From Phoronis australis (lineage: Eukaryota; Animalia; Phoronida): DNA of 64,000 nt. The stretch covers positions 2,696 to 66,695 of the forward strand of contig NMRA01000949.1 of the NCBI GenBank assembly GCA_002633005.1, written 5' to 3'. The position numbers were made by a program, and so were the translations under genes. This document shows, in pieces, positions 37,282 through 51,200 of the stretch (its first letter is position 1; every line of letters starts with the position of its first letter). The notes below the pieces were generated by a model. That model worked only from the letters and a program-made list of their open reading frames with translations. It ran no database searches and was not told the origin of the DNA.

Positions 37282-38515
37282 TGATGTCTTAACCTGTTCA
37301 CCCGAAAGAATTTGTAGCGTCAATCACGTGTAGCCTATGTACCTGTCTGTTCTAATTCAGAAATTGATTATTTAAACAGATAGCCAAGAATAACTGCATG
37401 ACTTGACCAATTTAATTTGCGATAACATTCGCCAACACTCACTGTACATCAAAGTAAATATGCAAGATCTCAAAATTGTGAAACTGTTTCTAGTTTGTAC
37501 GGAATCCTACAATTCGATGTTGAAATAGCAAAATTTGTGCAAGACATTGTGGACTTGTCTGCATGATTTTCCACTTCTGTTGATGGTTATAGAGCCAACG
37601 TCGAAATACTGTTTTAAACATAACGGAAACAACCAAGCAATGATTTCTTGAGCTCCTTTTTCCTCAAGCGAAAATCGTATTTCAGTAGCTAAACACAATT
37701 GTCGTTTTACGATTGTATTTGTGCAAGCACTTGCAACCGGGAAATTCTTGATTTGTTTTTAGTGACACAGGATGAATGAATTTAAACTGGCTGAACCTCA
37801 CTCCAAGTATCCTGAACAAACAAAACAAAACTAATAAAAATAATACTTTCCATCTACGTGTGATGGATTTCAAACTTATAACGAATTAGCCCAATGGCGT
37901 GATCAACACGGCCAGTCTGTTGTCCTGACGACTTTCACAAGAGGATTCTCCGAAGAGAGGACTCGAACGTTTGCTAACATTTTTTACAATAGAGGCAAGA
38001 ACTTCAAACGTTCAGCAGGCTGTCAATTTTATGTGTTGAACTTGTCCTGATATTGAACTTCTTTTAATGCCTATTTTTCGGTGGCGATCTAATTGTGACA
38101 AAGACTAACAACTATGAATGAAGCACTTTGGAAATATCCCCCATCAGCATCTCAGCACTGCTCGATGCGTCTTTCCTAATTGAAAAAAAAATACCCTCTT
38201 CTCTATGGAATACATCGGTCGAGCGAGTAATAGACACACTGCCGAAAAAACGTTCATAAGCTGCGTTGGGAATAATATTTTTCGCAGCCGGATCTACAGC
38301 GTTTGTTCGCAATGAAATTATGCAGGTTTATGTAAAGCTTCGATTCCCTAGCCTGAGCAAAAACATTAACAAAGGTTAAGGTCTCTTGGGAGAATCAACC
38401 GGCATTTTGTTTTTCACCCATGAAGTGTCATTCCTCGTGACCGATTCTTCAACCGGGGCACCAACACGTCTATAATAGCTGACTCTACAGTTAGGAAATT
38501 TTAAATTTCAGTTAA

Positions 38516-39216
38516 CCCCTTAAAGATCAAAACGATCACACAACGTTTTTAAAAATCTTTGACACTAACACCTAATTTTGCCGTTGTCTAAAATTATGAG
38601 CCTTTACTGTGACGTAATTTCCGTAAAAACGTAACCTCGTGCTCCGCCGACTAAATTCATGTCATTTTACCCGACTTGGTGCACTTCTAGTGTATTTGCT
38701 AAAAACGACCCTAGCACCTCATGATCCACCGTAGAATGGGACAGTTTCCTTCCCCACAATGCAAAGTTTTATTAAGGTACATCCGGTTGAACCACTCATA
38801 ATTTGGCTGTATACATGGACCAGAGTGAATCAAAGTTTGCATCAGTTCATATAAACATATATATTTATAAGTATTTCCAAAAATGTTTATTACATTGCAA
38901 ACATTCCAAAACTGAATATCTTGATTGGTATTTTCGATCTGCAACAACAAACGAACCATTTTCTATGTCTGCTATGTTTTCACATGAAGGAGCACTAATG
39001 CTTTAGTACAAGAAAGCCCTCAGGTCTGACAAGCTTGAAGGCCTTGAAAAGATTGTTGTGTTTAAATGGACGTCTCCTTCATAATGACTGGCTAAATTAC
39101 AAATTACGAACCTGATTACTCAATAGCTCAAAATACGTACTCAAATTTCCAATAGCATGATAGAAAATACTTTCCACCCTCAAAGAATTCACCGGGGCGT
39201 CATCCGGGCATAGGGG
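38516..39216. mobile_element. Possible piggyBac-type non-autonomous element
   Basis: TTAA|CCCCT ... AGGGG|TTAA. Only about 5 bp of TIR match. Confidence 0.3.
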
Positions 39217-42200
39217 TTAAACAATCACCGGCTGTCGGCACAGGGTTGGCTCACCCTCCAAATAAACTTAAACTGCATCATATCAATCGCCTGCGATACG
39301 CAAGTTTTTGATGGGAGAAATCAATCGCTGTCACGAAAATTGAAATTTGACGACAAACTTGTTACTGTTGATCAGCCAAATTCACAACTTTCAATTTTAA
39401 GTCTTAAGTATTGACAGAGGACATATCACAGTCTTTTTAAACTAAACATTTTTAGGGAAATTTCATTTGTTCACTTAAAATAAAACTCTAAAAATCTCCA
39501 AAAATTGCACACTTATAGACTATGTACACTTGTCATGGTGAAAATATAAAATTTCAAGATTCAAAATGTTCTACATGCATGTGTGTTTCCATAATGCATT
39601 GAAACTTTTTCTTGATTTTATCATATATAAAGCTACCTTACACAAACTTGTTCTTTTCTTTCCTTATGTCCTATTCCCTAACTGTTACTTATGATTATGA
39701 TATCTATTTAAAATCCTGCATTTGTCTTTACTGTTACCGCTCAAGATAAGCCGTAATGAGCAGCAGTTGCAAGGGGAGTTTATTTTTGCTGTAGCGCACC
39801 GGCCTGTGGAATTCGGAGGGTAGACGAGCCTCAGTAGGAAAAAACACGAGCAAGCAACGTGATATGTATCCCCATCGTCTACAACTTTTACTTTTTTCCG
39901 TTTATTTCGAGCAATTTGCTGTAAAGACGGATCCATCTTTTTACGAAAGTGAAATCATAGGTTTCTGGAGATAATTCTCTGTCACAAACGATGAGTTACA
40001 AAACCCGTAATTAAATTAAGTGTCGTGATCTCTGCGCCCAGTGGTCTATAGAAGTGTAAACAATTGAAATCGTTCCCATGGTTTTGGTTTGACGCTTCGG
40101 CTAAAAAGGGAGGGTCTAGAGCCCCTAGACCCATCCCATGGATTCTCCTAAGTTACATAGTATATGATTTGCTTCTCTCCTTCCAATATATAACGCCATT
40201 ATCAGTACAATTGTATCGTATTACTTTATCTTACTAAACGTGTTTCTACAGTGTATCAATTCTTGTGTTCGATAAATGTAATAGATAAACGAAATAAGGC
40301 ACGGAACGCACCGTAATTGTATAAAGACAGTGTCGGCATTTGTTATAATAGGCCTAAATGGTGTGGGTTGGTGGCGATAGGATGAAGATGGTGGCTTTAA
40401 TTTTTGGTGTGCATCCATCCTCAACCAGTCTCTGAGACAGTACAGTCAGTCTTGTACAAATCACATCACTACATGTGTTTCCAACCAAACGCGTATCTAA
40501 TGATAGACTTTCGGGTGTTCAAGGTGCATTTGAAATGCCTTTTATCGTGAATTAATGGCTGGCGAAGTTTTGTGAAGTTTGACGGTGCCTGGCAGAGCCT
40601 ATGCATTTATGTCATGCGCATCTTGATCCGATCTTGCTACAGTTGGCGCAGGGTTTCGGCACCGTTCGGCAAATGTTTGCATGACGCGATGGAAAATTTG
40701 TTTTGATTGGTTGTTTACGTGACGTAACAGCTTTATTAGCAATCAGGCATATCCTAATCGGATCTAATTGGTTTATTAAGTTACTAATTGGTGGTCTGTC
40801 GACAGGTGGACCTAATATAAAGTTGTGTTCTCACCAGCTCAGTGAGGTTAGAATTCTACCACAACTTTAATTGCTATTGATGCAACACCTAAAATCAAAT
40901 TTCCTGGTTTTAGTCACTAGACCTTGTGTCATTCATTGAATTTGTTTCAAATACTCAATGTGTTTGAACGTTTACAACACCTGACCGTTCACACCAAGTT
41001 ATAGCCGCTTCAACTGTTCGATAAATCTCCTTCACAAAAGATTATCAACTTTTACAAAGTTTGAACTGACCGCTTTGGCGTGAACAATAAATAAGTCGAG
41101 GTGCATGCACGCTACGAACGCATCGGACGTTGACATGAAGAGAGCTGTGAATTCGACGTCGCAATATAAATTATAACTGAAGAGCGTTCTATTTTTGAGT
41201 TGGGTCGAGTACTATTTAACTGAATCCCCCTTTCTTGAAACCTGTAAGTTCTACTCTAGATGATCACGTCGAGAAAAATGTTTACATATTCTATTTTTAA
41301 GCGAGGGGTGTTTGTTGTTGCGAAGGGTTTCGAATGTACGTTTTGAAAAAAGCAATCTCACCAAGAGGGCTCTCTACACTACACAAGTGAAATGAGATAT
41401 ATTTTGTGAGGGTAGAGCGATTGTTAGGGTGCATAGTCTTAGTTTGGCACTCCATACATCCCAGTAGCCACCAAATCCTCCCCCCAACTCTTCCAATATC
41501 ACTCCTCCCTAAAAGTTCTCACCCCCCCGCTCCTCCCTCGTCGCCACGCATCCTTTCCTCACCAATAACCTTCCTCAAATTGCCAATTATTCCTAAAAAA
41601 AATCTGCTGTCAACTATTTTCTACATAAGCCAAAGAAATCCGCAACTATAGGAACGTTGCCAGTTCTACGATGGACAATCGTATTTAGAGATTATTGCTG
41701 GTTGAGATAGATTTCTTGAAGATTGGCTTTGGCCAGAACAATTATGTACAATACAAGCCGTTGTCGTCTGTGGTTCTATAATAGATCGTCAACTCACGCC
41801 TTTGACAGCGTTGTCTGCCAGACATCAGCTGAAATCAAGGCCGGTGACTTTACCTGTGAACTTAATATAATTATGCGCTAAAATACTCGTTTAACGGGTT
41901 GGAGGTAACTCTGGCGGCAGAGCGGTTGACTACCACCTCGTGGGTTGTGAATTTGGTTCCGAGCTAAGATTGATCTCTGAATAACATTTTTCTCGACCGT
42001 AATGTCTCTTCAATGGGCGTGGCACACCCCTCAAGTGTCGCTGTTTTTCTGACCACTTCCCACAAGCGTTTATGAGTTCGAGACTGTCAGACAGATAACA
42101 CTTAACCTGTGCAAACTAGCTTAATTTTCTCTGCATGTCTCGTAGTTAAAGGTAATAATTTCGCGGTAATTGCCCGGTGAAATTCTGTCGCTCGAACTGT

Positions 42201-45200
42201 ATTGTGATTTCCGTCGATGTCCTTTTTATGGCTTGGTGCTGTGCCGTTACGAACTACTCTACATTCTTTTGCAAGGAAATAATTCGTTGACTATAAAATG
42301 GGAGGCAAATTGAACAACCCAGAGGCTGGTGCTAAAAGCGCTTGTTACAAATTCTGGATTCTTCGTAGTCGTGCCAATAGAAAGCCATATTTTCTTTATT
42401 ATACACATGTACCTGCCGTGGAAAAGTGTGGTATGCATATAGCGCAGGTAGTCCATACAAATTGTGCATAAATGACCTTTTTGTAAACGACGTTCTTAAA
42501 AATATCTAAGAGCTCATTTTATGCCCACTTGCGAATGACGGACTTCGGGCGAGGGACCACAGCCCCTTCCCAACGGACATGATCCAAAATAGCTGCCAGC
42601 TTGTCGTTTTTAGGGGCTTTTAATGCTGACATTTCCTTCTAAAATTGTAGTTGGCCCTCCCTCATGACATCCTAGACACACTAATGAGAGAAAAATTAAT
42701 TTATAATACTTTATTTCTGTCTTCTTTCGCGTAAAAGTGTCATTCCAAAATCAACATGCATCCAAAGCAATGTCTTTTATACCGAGGTGTTGTTTTTTTT
42801 TTTTTTTTTAAATACAGATGCTATTAACGCACAACATCAGGAATATCTGGACCACCTGAAACAACTGTTGTTGATATATAATCGATCAAACACGTCTGTA
42901 ATTGTGCTGTGAAAAGCTGCGCATGACTTTGAATTGCAACATAGATTTTGATCTCAACATCTGCGCCACAGTCACCCATCTTGAAAGCACCTATCTAGTG
43001 AAGAGTATCAGAAACGTTTGACTTAATGGCTGATGGGTGTGCGTAGAAACACCTATAAACGAATATCATCGATAGTCGTATTTTTCAGATAGCAGCTTAC
43101 CTTTCGTACCACGGAATTCTATTTCCGTCTGATGCTGGAGGTTATCGCAGCCAAGTCGAGACTGTTCATTGGGTCTGTTAAGTGAATATGGTGTTTAACA
43201 AAACATAACTTGATGAAAACNGGGGGGGAGCTCAGGGGCGACGAACGAGCCCCTCAATTTGGCGAAATGGGCAAAAAGGCCCACATCAGTGAAAAAATGT
43301 CCGAGTAAACGACACAAAAGTCCACAAAGGACACAGGAAAGCGTCGCAGATACACAACTCGTAGGCGCCTTTATATTTTTTTAGTCCTCGTTGATTTTCT
43401 TCGGTAAAAGGCACCCATATCGAGAAATTCGAGACCCCCAATTTTGTAGGCTGGGTGCACGCATGAAATGTGAGAACGCAACCACCACTTATCACTCTAG
43501 TTTCGCCTCCGCCACCACCCGAGGTCGACACCAGATCCCCGACAACTGTTTTTATTACGGCCTTGGTCGCTTTCGAAGGACCGGTAAACGTTAACGGGGT
43601 CTAAAGGGGAAGGGTACCTAAGTAAGATTCTCCCCTCTCGCCACCACTTCAACCTCACACTGATCGTCGTTAATTTTGCACCCATCTTCCCATCGGCGTG
43701 ATAACTATTGAGAGGGGAAGGGGGGGGAGGGGAGCAGCCTTGTTTTCGCAACCACTTTTGTAACCAAGCTTCAACAAAGTCTCGCAAGAAAGGGTCACTT
43801 TTTAGACATATGTACTGTTATAGTAGGATTCTGACCAGTAGGGGTATCTTTTACGGATTCTACTTTTTAGGATGCCAAAAAGATGTACTACCAAAAGCAT
43901 TCTTTAGAGGTATAGAGGTATTACAGCAAACCCCTACCGCGTGATACGGGATCCGAATAAGTACGTGGAGAGACACTCTCACCTCGGAATGAGTTGATGG
44001 GATACCGTGTCGGAATTCGATTATGGTGTCGCCTATTACCAAATGTGGGTCTCAGGCCAAAATTCATTTGTGTAGAGATCAGTTTGAGGAAAATCTATGA
44101 TCACGCTTTGAAGGTTTATACTTTGAAAGATTTTTTTTCCAGGGGCCCTCTTACACTGCCGAAGAGTCTGTCTGTCTGAATTCTTTGTTGAAAACGGCTA
44201 CTTGAGTTTCAGAAGGATGCCTCCAGGAGCATGTAAAATAATATCAAACTGCGCGAGTTTCATCACCCTACGTAGATATTCACCGAAACACCAATTTATT
44301 AGAAAGTAATTTCCGAATGGCAAAAATCACCTAATGATTTTTGTTATTTGAGACAGGATGACAGAGACGCTGCCGGATTTGAGTCTGCATCGAAATTCAC
44401 CGAAGTATCATCAATTCCTTGCCAGCTTATAACAGTGAAAATCGTCTATAAGTCATTCGAGTCTCGTATATCCATAAAAACATGTGCAATAGCAGTTCAT
44501 CTGAACAAAATAACCCTTAAGATGTTGGGTCAGCAGTTGGCAACACAACGTAAACACTGAAGACCGGCACATTACGAACTTTGAGTTAACTGCTGGTTGT
44601 TAATTTGCAAGACTTTTATTTAAAGTTCACAGTAAACGGAATTTTGAAGCAAGTCCCGAAGGGGTACGCTCGGATACAAGTGTTTGACGGTTATCCTAGG
44701 TAACTGGAAGTTTGAAGGTCATCCCCACAAAGTTTTCAGAATGTTTTTGCGTTAAAACGAATTCTGGTTCATTCCAGTAGTATAGCCTGTCACAGTTGTT
44801 CACGATTAACACTGCATGCGCTTTGAACTCGTGTACATTGAAATCGAGAGTCTTCCTGACAGTCTGATTAACAAAGCCAGTTTCTCAAGAATACCCCCCT
44901 CTTCATCAAAAACGATCTTGAAAAGCAATACTGTTTTGGTTGCCTCGGCCTCTTGTCTTGATGACCTTGTGCTTTGCAAGAACGTACTCTGTAGTCTTCA
45001 TCCTAATTTGATTTTTTTTATATTCCGCTATTCAGTGACGGATTCACAAAGTGCAAAAGAGCAATTTCCCCAGGCAGCCCCTTTAAGAAAGGACACCGTC
45101 TGAGTAGCGCTCCTTAACATGAAAAGTACGCTGATCACATGAAAATGTATATTATGTTTAAACATGTCGGAAAGAGTGACAGGAAATTCCATCATAAGGC

Positions 45201-48200
45201 CATCTTCTTTCCATCACCAGGTTACCTTCCTCAATATAGAAAGGTTGTACAAATTCACAAAAACACGAAAAGACTTTTTCTGTTATTGGCTCCTTAAGAA
45301 AAGAACACAGGCACTAGAAAAACTGGAAGATGTTACGCCACAAACGCCGCCCTCTCCAAGAGCTGGGACTGATATCAAATGATATACAATTTCAAAAAAA
45401 AAACTCGAAAACTTGATCGACAGATTACTTCATTATCTACCCAGAGAAAGGTTTTTGAAAAAATGCGATTTTATATTCCCGAAAATCTTTCTTCTTAAAT
45501 ATAAAAATCTAAATCAATTTCGTCCTGAAAATCTCCGCATATCGTCGATGATTTTACCCACACCTGTCGCATAACATGACTTCAACGTTAGTCGCTATTT
45601 TCATTTCGTGCACCGATATTCCCCAGCAGAAATACATCTCGTGACACACGCACGCACACACATACACAGGCGCGCACACGCACGAATACAGGATCAGGGC
45701 TAAAAGATTATATACAGACTTTTCATGCGCTGACAGGCCTACTACTGCTGTATTTAATTATTGGATCTATCAATACATCTGTAAGCCATTCCATTAACTT
45801 GTTCAGTCGTAGCTAAATGTTGCAAATGAACCGCATAATCCCGCAATTCTGGTCGATTATAAGCGCTGAGACATCACTCTAAGTTGTCAACAACCAAGAT
45901 GCTGGCTCATGGCGATTCCCACCTAAAGTGACGGCACGTGCCGCGCAAATGAGTGCTATTTACAACCAGTTTCCCTAAACCGATACCAAAGTCTGTTATG
46001 GCGAATTCACCCAAAACTGGCTCTGTCTGTACCATTAGGTAGAATGTCCCAAAGAAAGACAAATGATAGCATATCCTAATGTTACAAGCGCACAGAGACA
46101 GGTTTTGCAGCTGTGTGTATCGTCATATATGTATTGATCGAGCAAATAACGTTGCGCACACGTACGACATCTCACAGGTGTTCATTGAACTAGGCAAGAA
46201 ACGCTTTCTAGCTGTACAGGGGAAGTCACTCGTCGTTGGATGCATCGCGACTGTTTTGTTAAATTTCAAACCTATTCAAGTGACTGTGGAGGCAGTTGGG
46301 TTGGCAATCTAACTGTACCCCAGTGGATCATGCTTAGAGAAATTTCTCCACAGCCGACGGGTAACTCTCCAAAAAACATGGTTTTCCGAAAGAGCGCTCA
46401 CCACGAACGAGCCTCCATGAGGAGAATACGTATCAGAAAAGAACCCTCTCTCACATTAGGAATCGTTTTACGTGCCAGAACAAGCACACATGAAAATTAT
46501 AGCAAAAGAAAATCCATTTCTAATGCTTTTATCATTAAAAGGTCTGCAAACATATGTCAAATGACTAGTTGTCAGTGAAGGCGTTTCAGGAAGTTTCTTT
46601 TCTTTTACAGACAAAGTGAACCTTTGCCTTTAGCGAATCAGTTGGCTAAAAACCCCCTTTCGTAAGAAAATTTTCGATTTAGGGGACATGACGCAGAAAA
46701 TCTGGGTTAGTTCCATAGACACAAGAATCTCGCGAAGGAAGTTAGTGTGAGCACACGCTTCGCTTTTAATACATGAAATTATCTTGCGAAGCCTCGTGTC
46801 ATCTTGTGTTTTGGCGAGATCTTCACGTCTACGGAACACACGACAGGCCCTGTAACGTGTTCACCCGGATTAGAGTTGCTTCGTGTGATTGTGGAGAACT
46901 CAAAGGTCGTTATTGCTTGAGACCTGGCTCAATAAATTGGTTGTCACGGCGCGTTATTTCACGTGCCGAACATAGTCTCAAGCGCGCGTAGTTCTTTTCT
47001 AGTCCAGAAATCGTTCTTCGCGCCAACTTGAGACCAATTTTTAACGAAAAGTGGTCGAAATCAAACGATGGTTCCTTGGTCGACTTTAATCTGTTTTCCT
47101 TACTAAACAAACTAAACTTACAAATATTATTCATTTAGTAACGTTTAGATTTATTTTTAAAAGTTGAATTTAAAAATTTTTAGTTAATAATAAAGCAAGC
47201 CTCTTCTACATGAAGAATGTATAAGAATTCCGAAGCTGTGCTTTTCTTGAAATGAGGCATGTAGATAGATTACGCTCTATAAAGATAATTTCTTGCTAGT
47301 TCATGACGTGAAATCACACCTGTTCCGCGAATAAGCTCCGCACTTTGCTAGCGTGCACTTGCCAAATTGTCGCAAATGAAACGATTAGTCGACTAGGCTG
47401 GAATGTTGAATTATGGGACGAAATCGATGTCCACGCTATAACACTTCTCGCTGCACGCATATCGCCAGTGTCTTGCGCTGCGAGGCACGCTTCCCAGATT
47501 AAAATTTATCATCTAAATTGTGTTGATCGTCGCATCCTCATTAAGTGAACAATAGTTGGTACAAAACACTTTTCATTATTTTTGTTCCGAATGACAGAGG
47601 CAGATTAACTCTAATGAGATCTTAAACCGCCAACAAATTGGTTGTATTCCCTAAGGGCTTGTCAATACACTGCTGTATTAGAGAACACTGGGTGTTCGTA
47701 ACGATACTAAGATTGTAATTGCAATTACAATAGAGATTTTACTGAACTGATGAATTTCCGGTCAGCTGAGGCCAAAGAAGCACGCATGTCTCTGATCTGT
47801 GTGTTTTTTTGAAAATCGAGTTGATGCTACCTGAAACGAGCAAGGCGATGGTGCTTGATTCAGCTCACCACTTGGCAAGTCATGGCGTTTCAAACATTCT
47901 TGATTACTCATTCTCATTTACCCTTGCTTTACAATAAAAACACTAGACGCATATAATCAGCACTGATATTTGCCTTTTTGTCAACATTTCTACAAAATCT
48001 GCGACACTTGGTATCAATATTGCAACTGGAAATACAATTATACGAAGTTTCCCGCATTACAGAGAGGAATTACATACATGTAACATGCGCACACTCAGGG
48101 GGGCTCGCCTCGAGGAGCTCGAACGAGGCCCCCATTTGGCGAAGTGGCAAAAAGGTCCGCTTCAGAGAAACAAAAAGCCCGAGAAAACGAGAGTCCACTA

Positions 48201-51200
48201 AAAAGGCGGAAACGCACAGTTCATAGCACGTACATGTCCGATCTAAGTACTGTTTTTTCCCTTTTTTTCGATCGACTATCGACTATTTTGTTAGTAAAAG
48301 GTCCACATCGCCAGGTTTTCGAGCCCCCCATATAGAAGGATGAGTGCGCGCACGTATAACAAGCACATGAGGCAGTGACTTGTACATTTACATATAAAGA
48401 AGCAAGACGGACATGTGTTGCATTTGTCCATTAAAATGAGTGTGGCGTCGCTCTGCTATTTCAAGACAGCATTTTGCGAACATTTCAATTCTATGTTCCC
48501 CAACACCTAAATGAATAACATTTAAACGCAAGTTTTATTTTACGAAAGATACTGAAGAAACAATGTTAGAATCGAAACATTTTCTTGACTTATTTTTTTT
48601 GGGGGGGGGGGAACAACGTGGCAGAATAAATGTCCACTGAGGTCGGCCGTATCGTGCCAGTGCTAAATAGAAAACCATTTAACGTACAAGTATATGTTTT
48701 ATTTTGGCCTCGTTTTAAACAATTTTTATTATTGATCATTTAATTACACAAGGGATAGACGAATTAGAACGAATGGACGGCTGCATGACGTCACGCTTTA
48801 TCCGAAACTTGCATACGGTATGATTTAGATTCTGAAAAGCGATAACATATGTCCGGCCTTTCGTTTTTTCTTTAACGCACCGCCAAATAAAAAGCGACCG
48901 TTTGAAACACACGCAGATACAGAAGCCGCCTGTGAGATAAACAAAAGAAAATCGATGGTTGAGAAGAACACGTTGGGATTAGTTCCAGAAACAGTGCATG
49001 TGGTTACGGTATGCCTTGACTTAAAATAGGTGAAACTCTTCAAAAGATTTTGGAAAAAAGATCATGTTGCAAACACGGCTGCTTTTATTCGAACACAGTC
49101 CTGGAAATTAGGCCTAAATCATTATAAAGTTTGATCACTTTGTCCGTCCCTCGATTTTTTTCAGCAATGAAAACGAAATGCATCAAAGCAGAGCGCCCCC
49201 GGCGGTAGAGACTCTAGAAGCATGATGTTTAACCACCAACCTCATCGACGAGGAGTGAGGATAGGGCAAGGAAAAAAATAAATTATTTGAAAGGGTCTAA
49301 TCGATTTTAGGTCAAGATGGGATGGGCCTTTGGAGGATATTAGCTTGGGCCAGGAATAGTCTTTTACCCTTCCATTTATCGACTGAGTTTTACTTCTGCT
49401 ACACGTAGCAAAGAATTCGACTGCGGCTACTGAGGTTGAGAGCTCGATTTCGGAATGGGGCTGATCACAGAATACCACCTTTATCCCCGCATTGTAAAGA
49501 CCTGGGCCTACGGGGACAAAGGTTATTACTCGAAATCGAAATTGAAATGATTATGGGCCAGATTTTGTATTCTAACTAACGATAAGTGTCTATTTTCCTG
49601 TGATCCAGTACGTAATGGCTCATCGTGGGTAATTGTTTAATCCCAGTTTAGACCCGGAGCCCATCTCGAGTTCGCTCAAAATTAGAACGGAAATGTCATA
49701 AAATAATCTCGAGTTCAATTTCGGGTACAAAGATTAGACCCAGGGTCCTGGGATATGTTTTATGAAAAGTGACATTATTTTTTGAGTCAAGTCAGAAACT
49801 TGGTTTTACGCTCCACACAACTATTTCAGAAAAATAATTAAATCTCACTTCAGCAAAAGTGCAAATTATGTGAAAGTATGCATATAGCTGCTAGCTACTT
49901 AGATAATTTCCATAAATTATTTATAGACTGTGATCCTCTCAAAATTACTTGACTAAGCCTCTTTAGCAAATTGAGAAGTGGGAGGGTCAGACCAAATGTC
50001 TGTGTTAAGTCTTAAGTCACTTTCAAAAAACAGCCTCTGAATTGCAATGCTGTTAAAAACAGACTAAAGCCCTACCTTCAAACTTTTGGCCGTTTACGAT
50101 TCTACTATTGAATGGGCATGCGCACCCGGGGGGGGGCTCGGGGGACTCAAAGGAGCCCCCCATTTGGCGAAGTAGGCAAAAAGGTCCGCCTCTGAGAAAC
50201 AAAAAGTCCGAGAAAACGAGACAAAAGTCCACTAAAATGGCATAAACGCACATTTACGGCTCCAAACGTGGTCCTCCATTTTTTCTAGTCTTCCCGCTTT
50301 TTTGTTTGTAAACGGTCCGCATTTTCTGAAATCCGAGCCCCCATATTAAAGGCTGAGTGCGCGCATGGTGGGACGTTTCGTCGCTGTTTGTACAGCTCTT
50401 GACCGAAGGGCTTGGGGTTTAAAAACACTACGCTCACACTTGAATTGTTACCGAATGAGTTCGCAACCAGGTCACGCAACTGTAGGGTTGGCCACCCCCA
50501 ATAAACTCTGAAGCGTTTTCTTGTACCGCTGATTGTTTTGATGTTCTTGTTCCTAATGCACATAGGACCCAGTCACAGCAAGGAATATTGTGAGGCCAGT
50601 TTTTATGAGAATAAAAGGTTTAATTTCAGTTTCGTTTTAAGCCAGCTACACAAGGCGACAACCAGCTTATTTTTACTGTCAGAGATTTATTCAGTACATC
50701 TTCAACATTTTCTATCACCAAATGGAAATAGACGAGCGTGCGATTAGTCGTTTCAAGCACCGCTGTGTTTCTCGCTTGTGGAGTGTTTTTTACAAAATCA
50801 ATCCGATCGGTGAAGTTGTATGCTTCGATATTAGATTTTTTATAGTTTAAAAGAACGTACTACAAAACTAAATTGAAACATAACATAACAATAGACATTA
50901 CTTTGTGGAATACTTGGTTATTTCTTCTTTAAACATGGTGTCTCTTAAACATGTTCATAATCTTTGAACACATGGTACGCTGGACATTAGTTTTTCTTCA
51001 CAACAAAACCTAGACGCCGGTATCCTAGCTTAAACTTCTGATGCTACGAGTTTCATAATAAATACAAGCAACGATTTTGGTAGATTGACATCAGCCAGAA
51101 ATCTTTGAATGTTATTGTAACGTAATCTGTGATTGACTGTGAATCTTTCACGGAAAAGACTATTTATTTCTCGAATAAGTCGACACCTACAGTAGCTGCA

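Noticed and set aside
41450-41580. C-rich tract and Pro/Ser-rich ORF 41406..41651
   Set aside because: Low-complexity sequence with no splice or homology support. The G-quadruplex spacing is poor.
44816-45382. Coding-like stretch in nAChR intron 1 (possible nested gene or pseudogene)
   Set aside because: The track ORFs and the minus-strand frames I translated gave no recognisable motif, and the splice sites are not consistent. A BLASTX search would be needed to revisit it.
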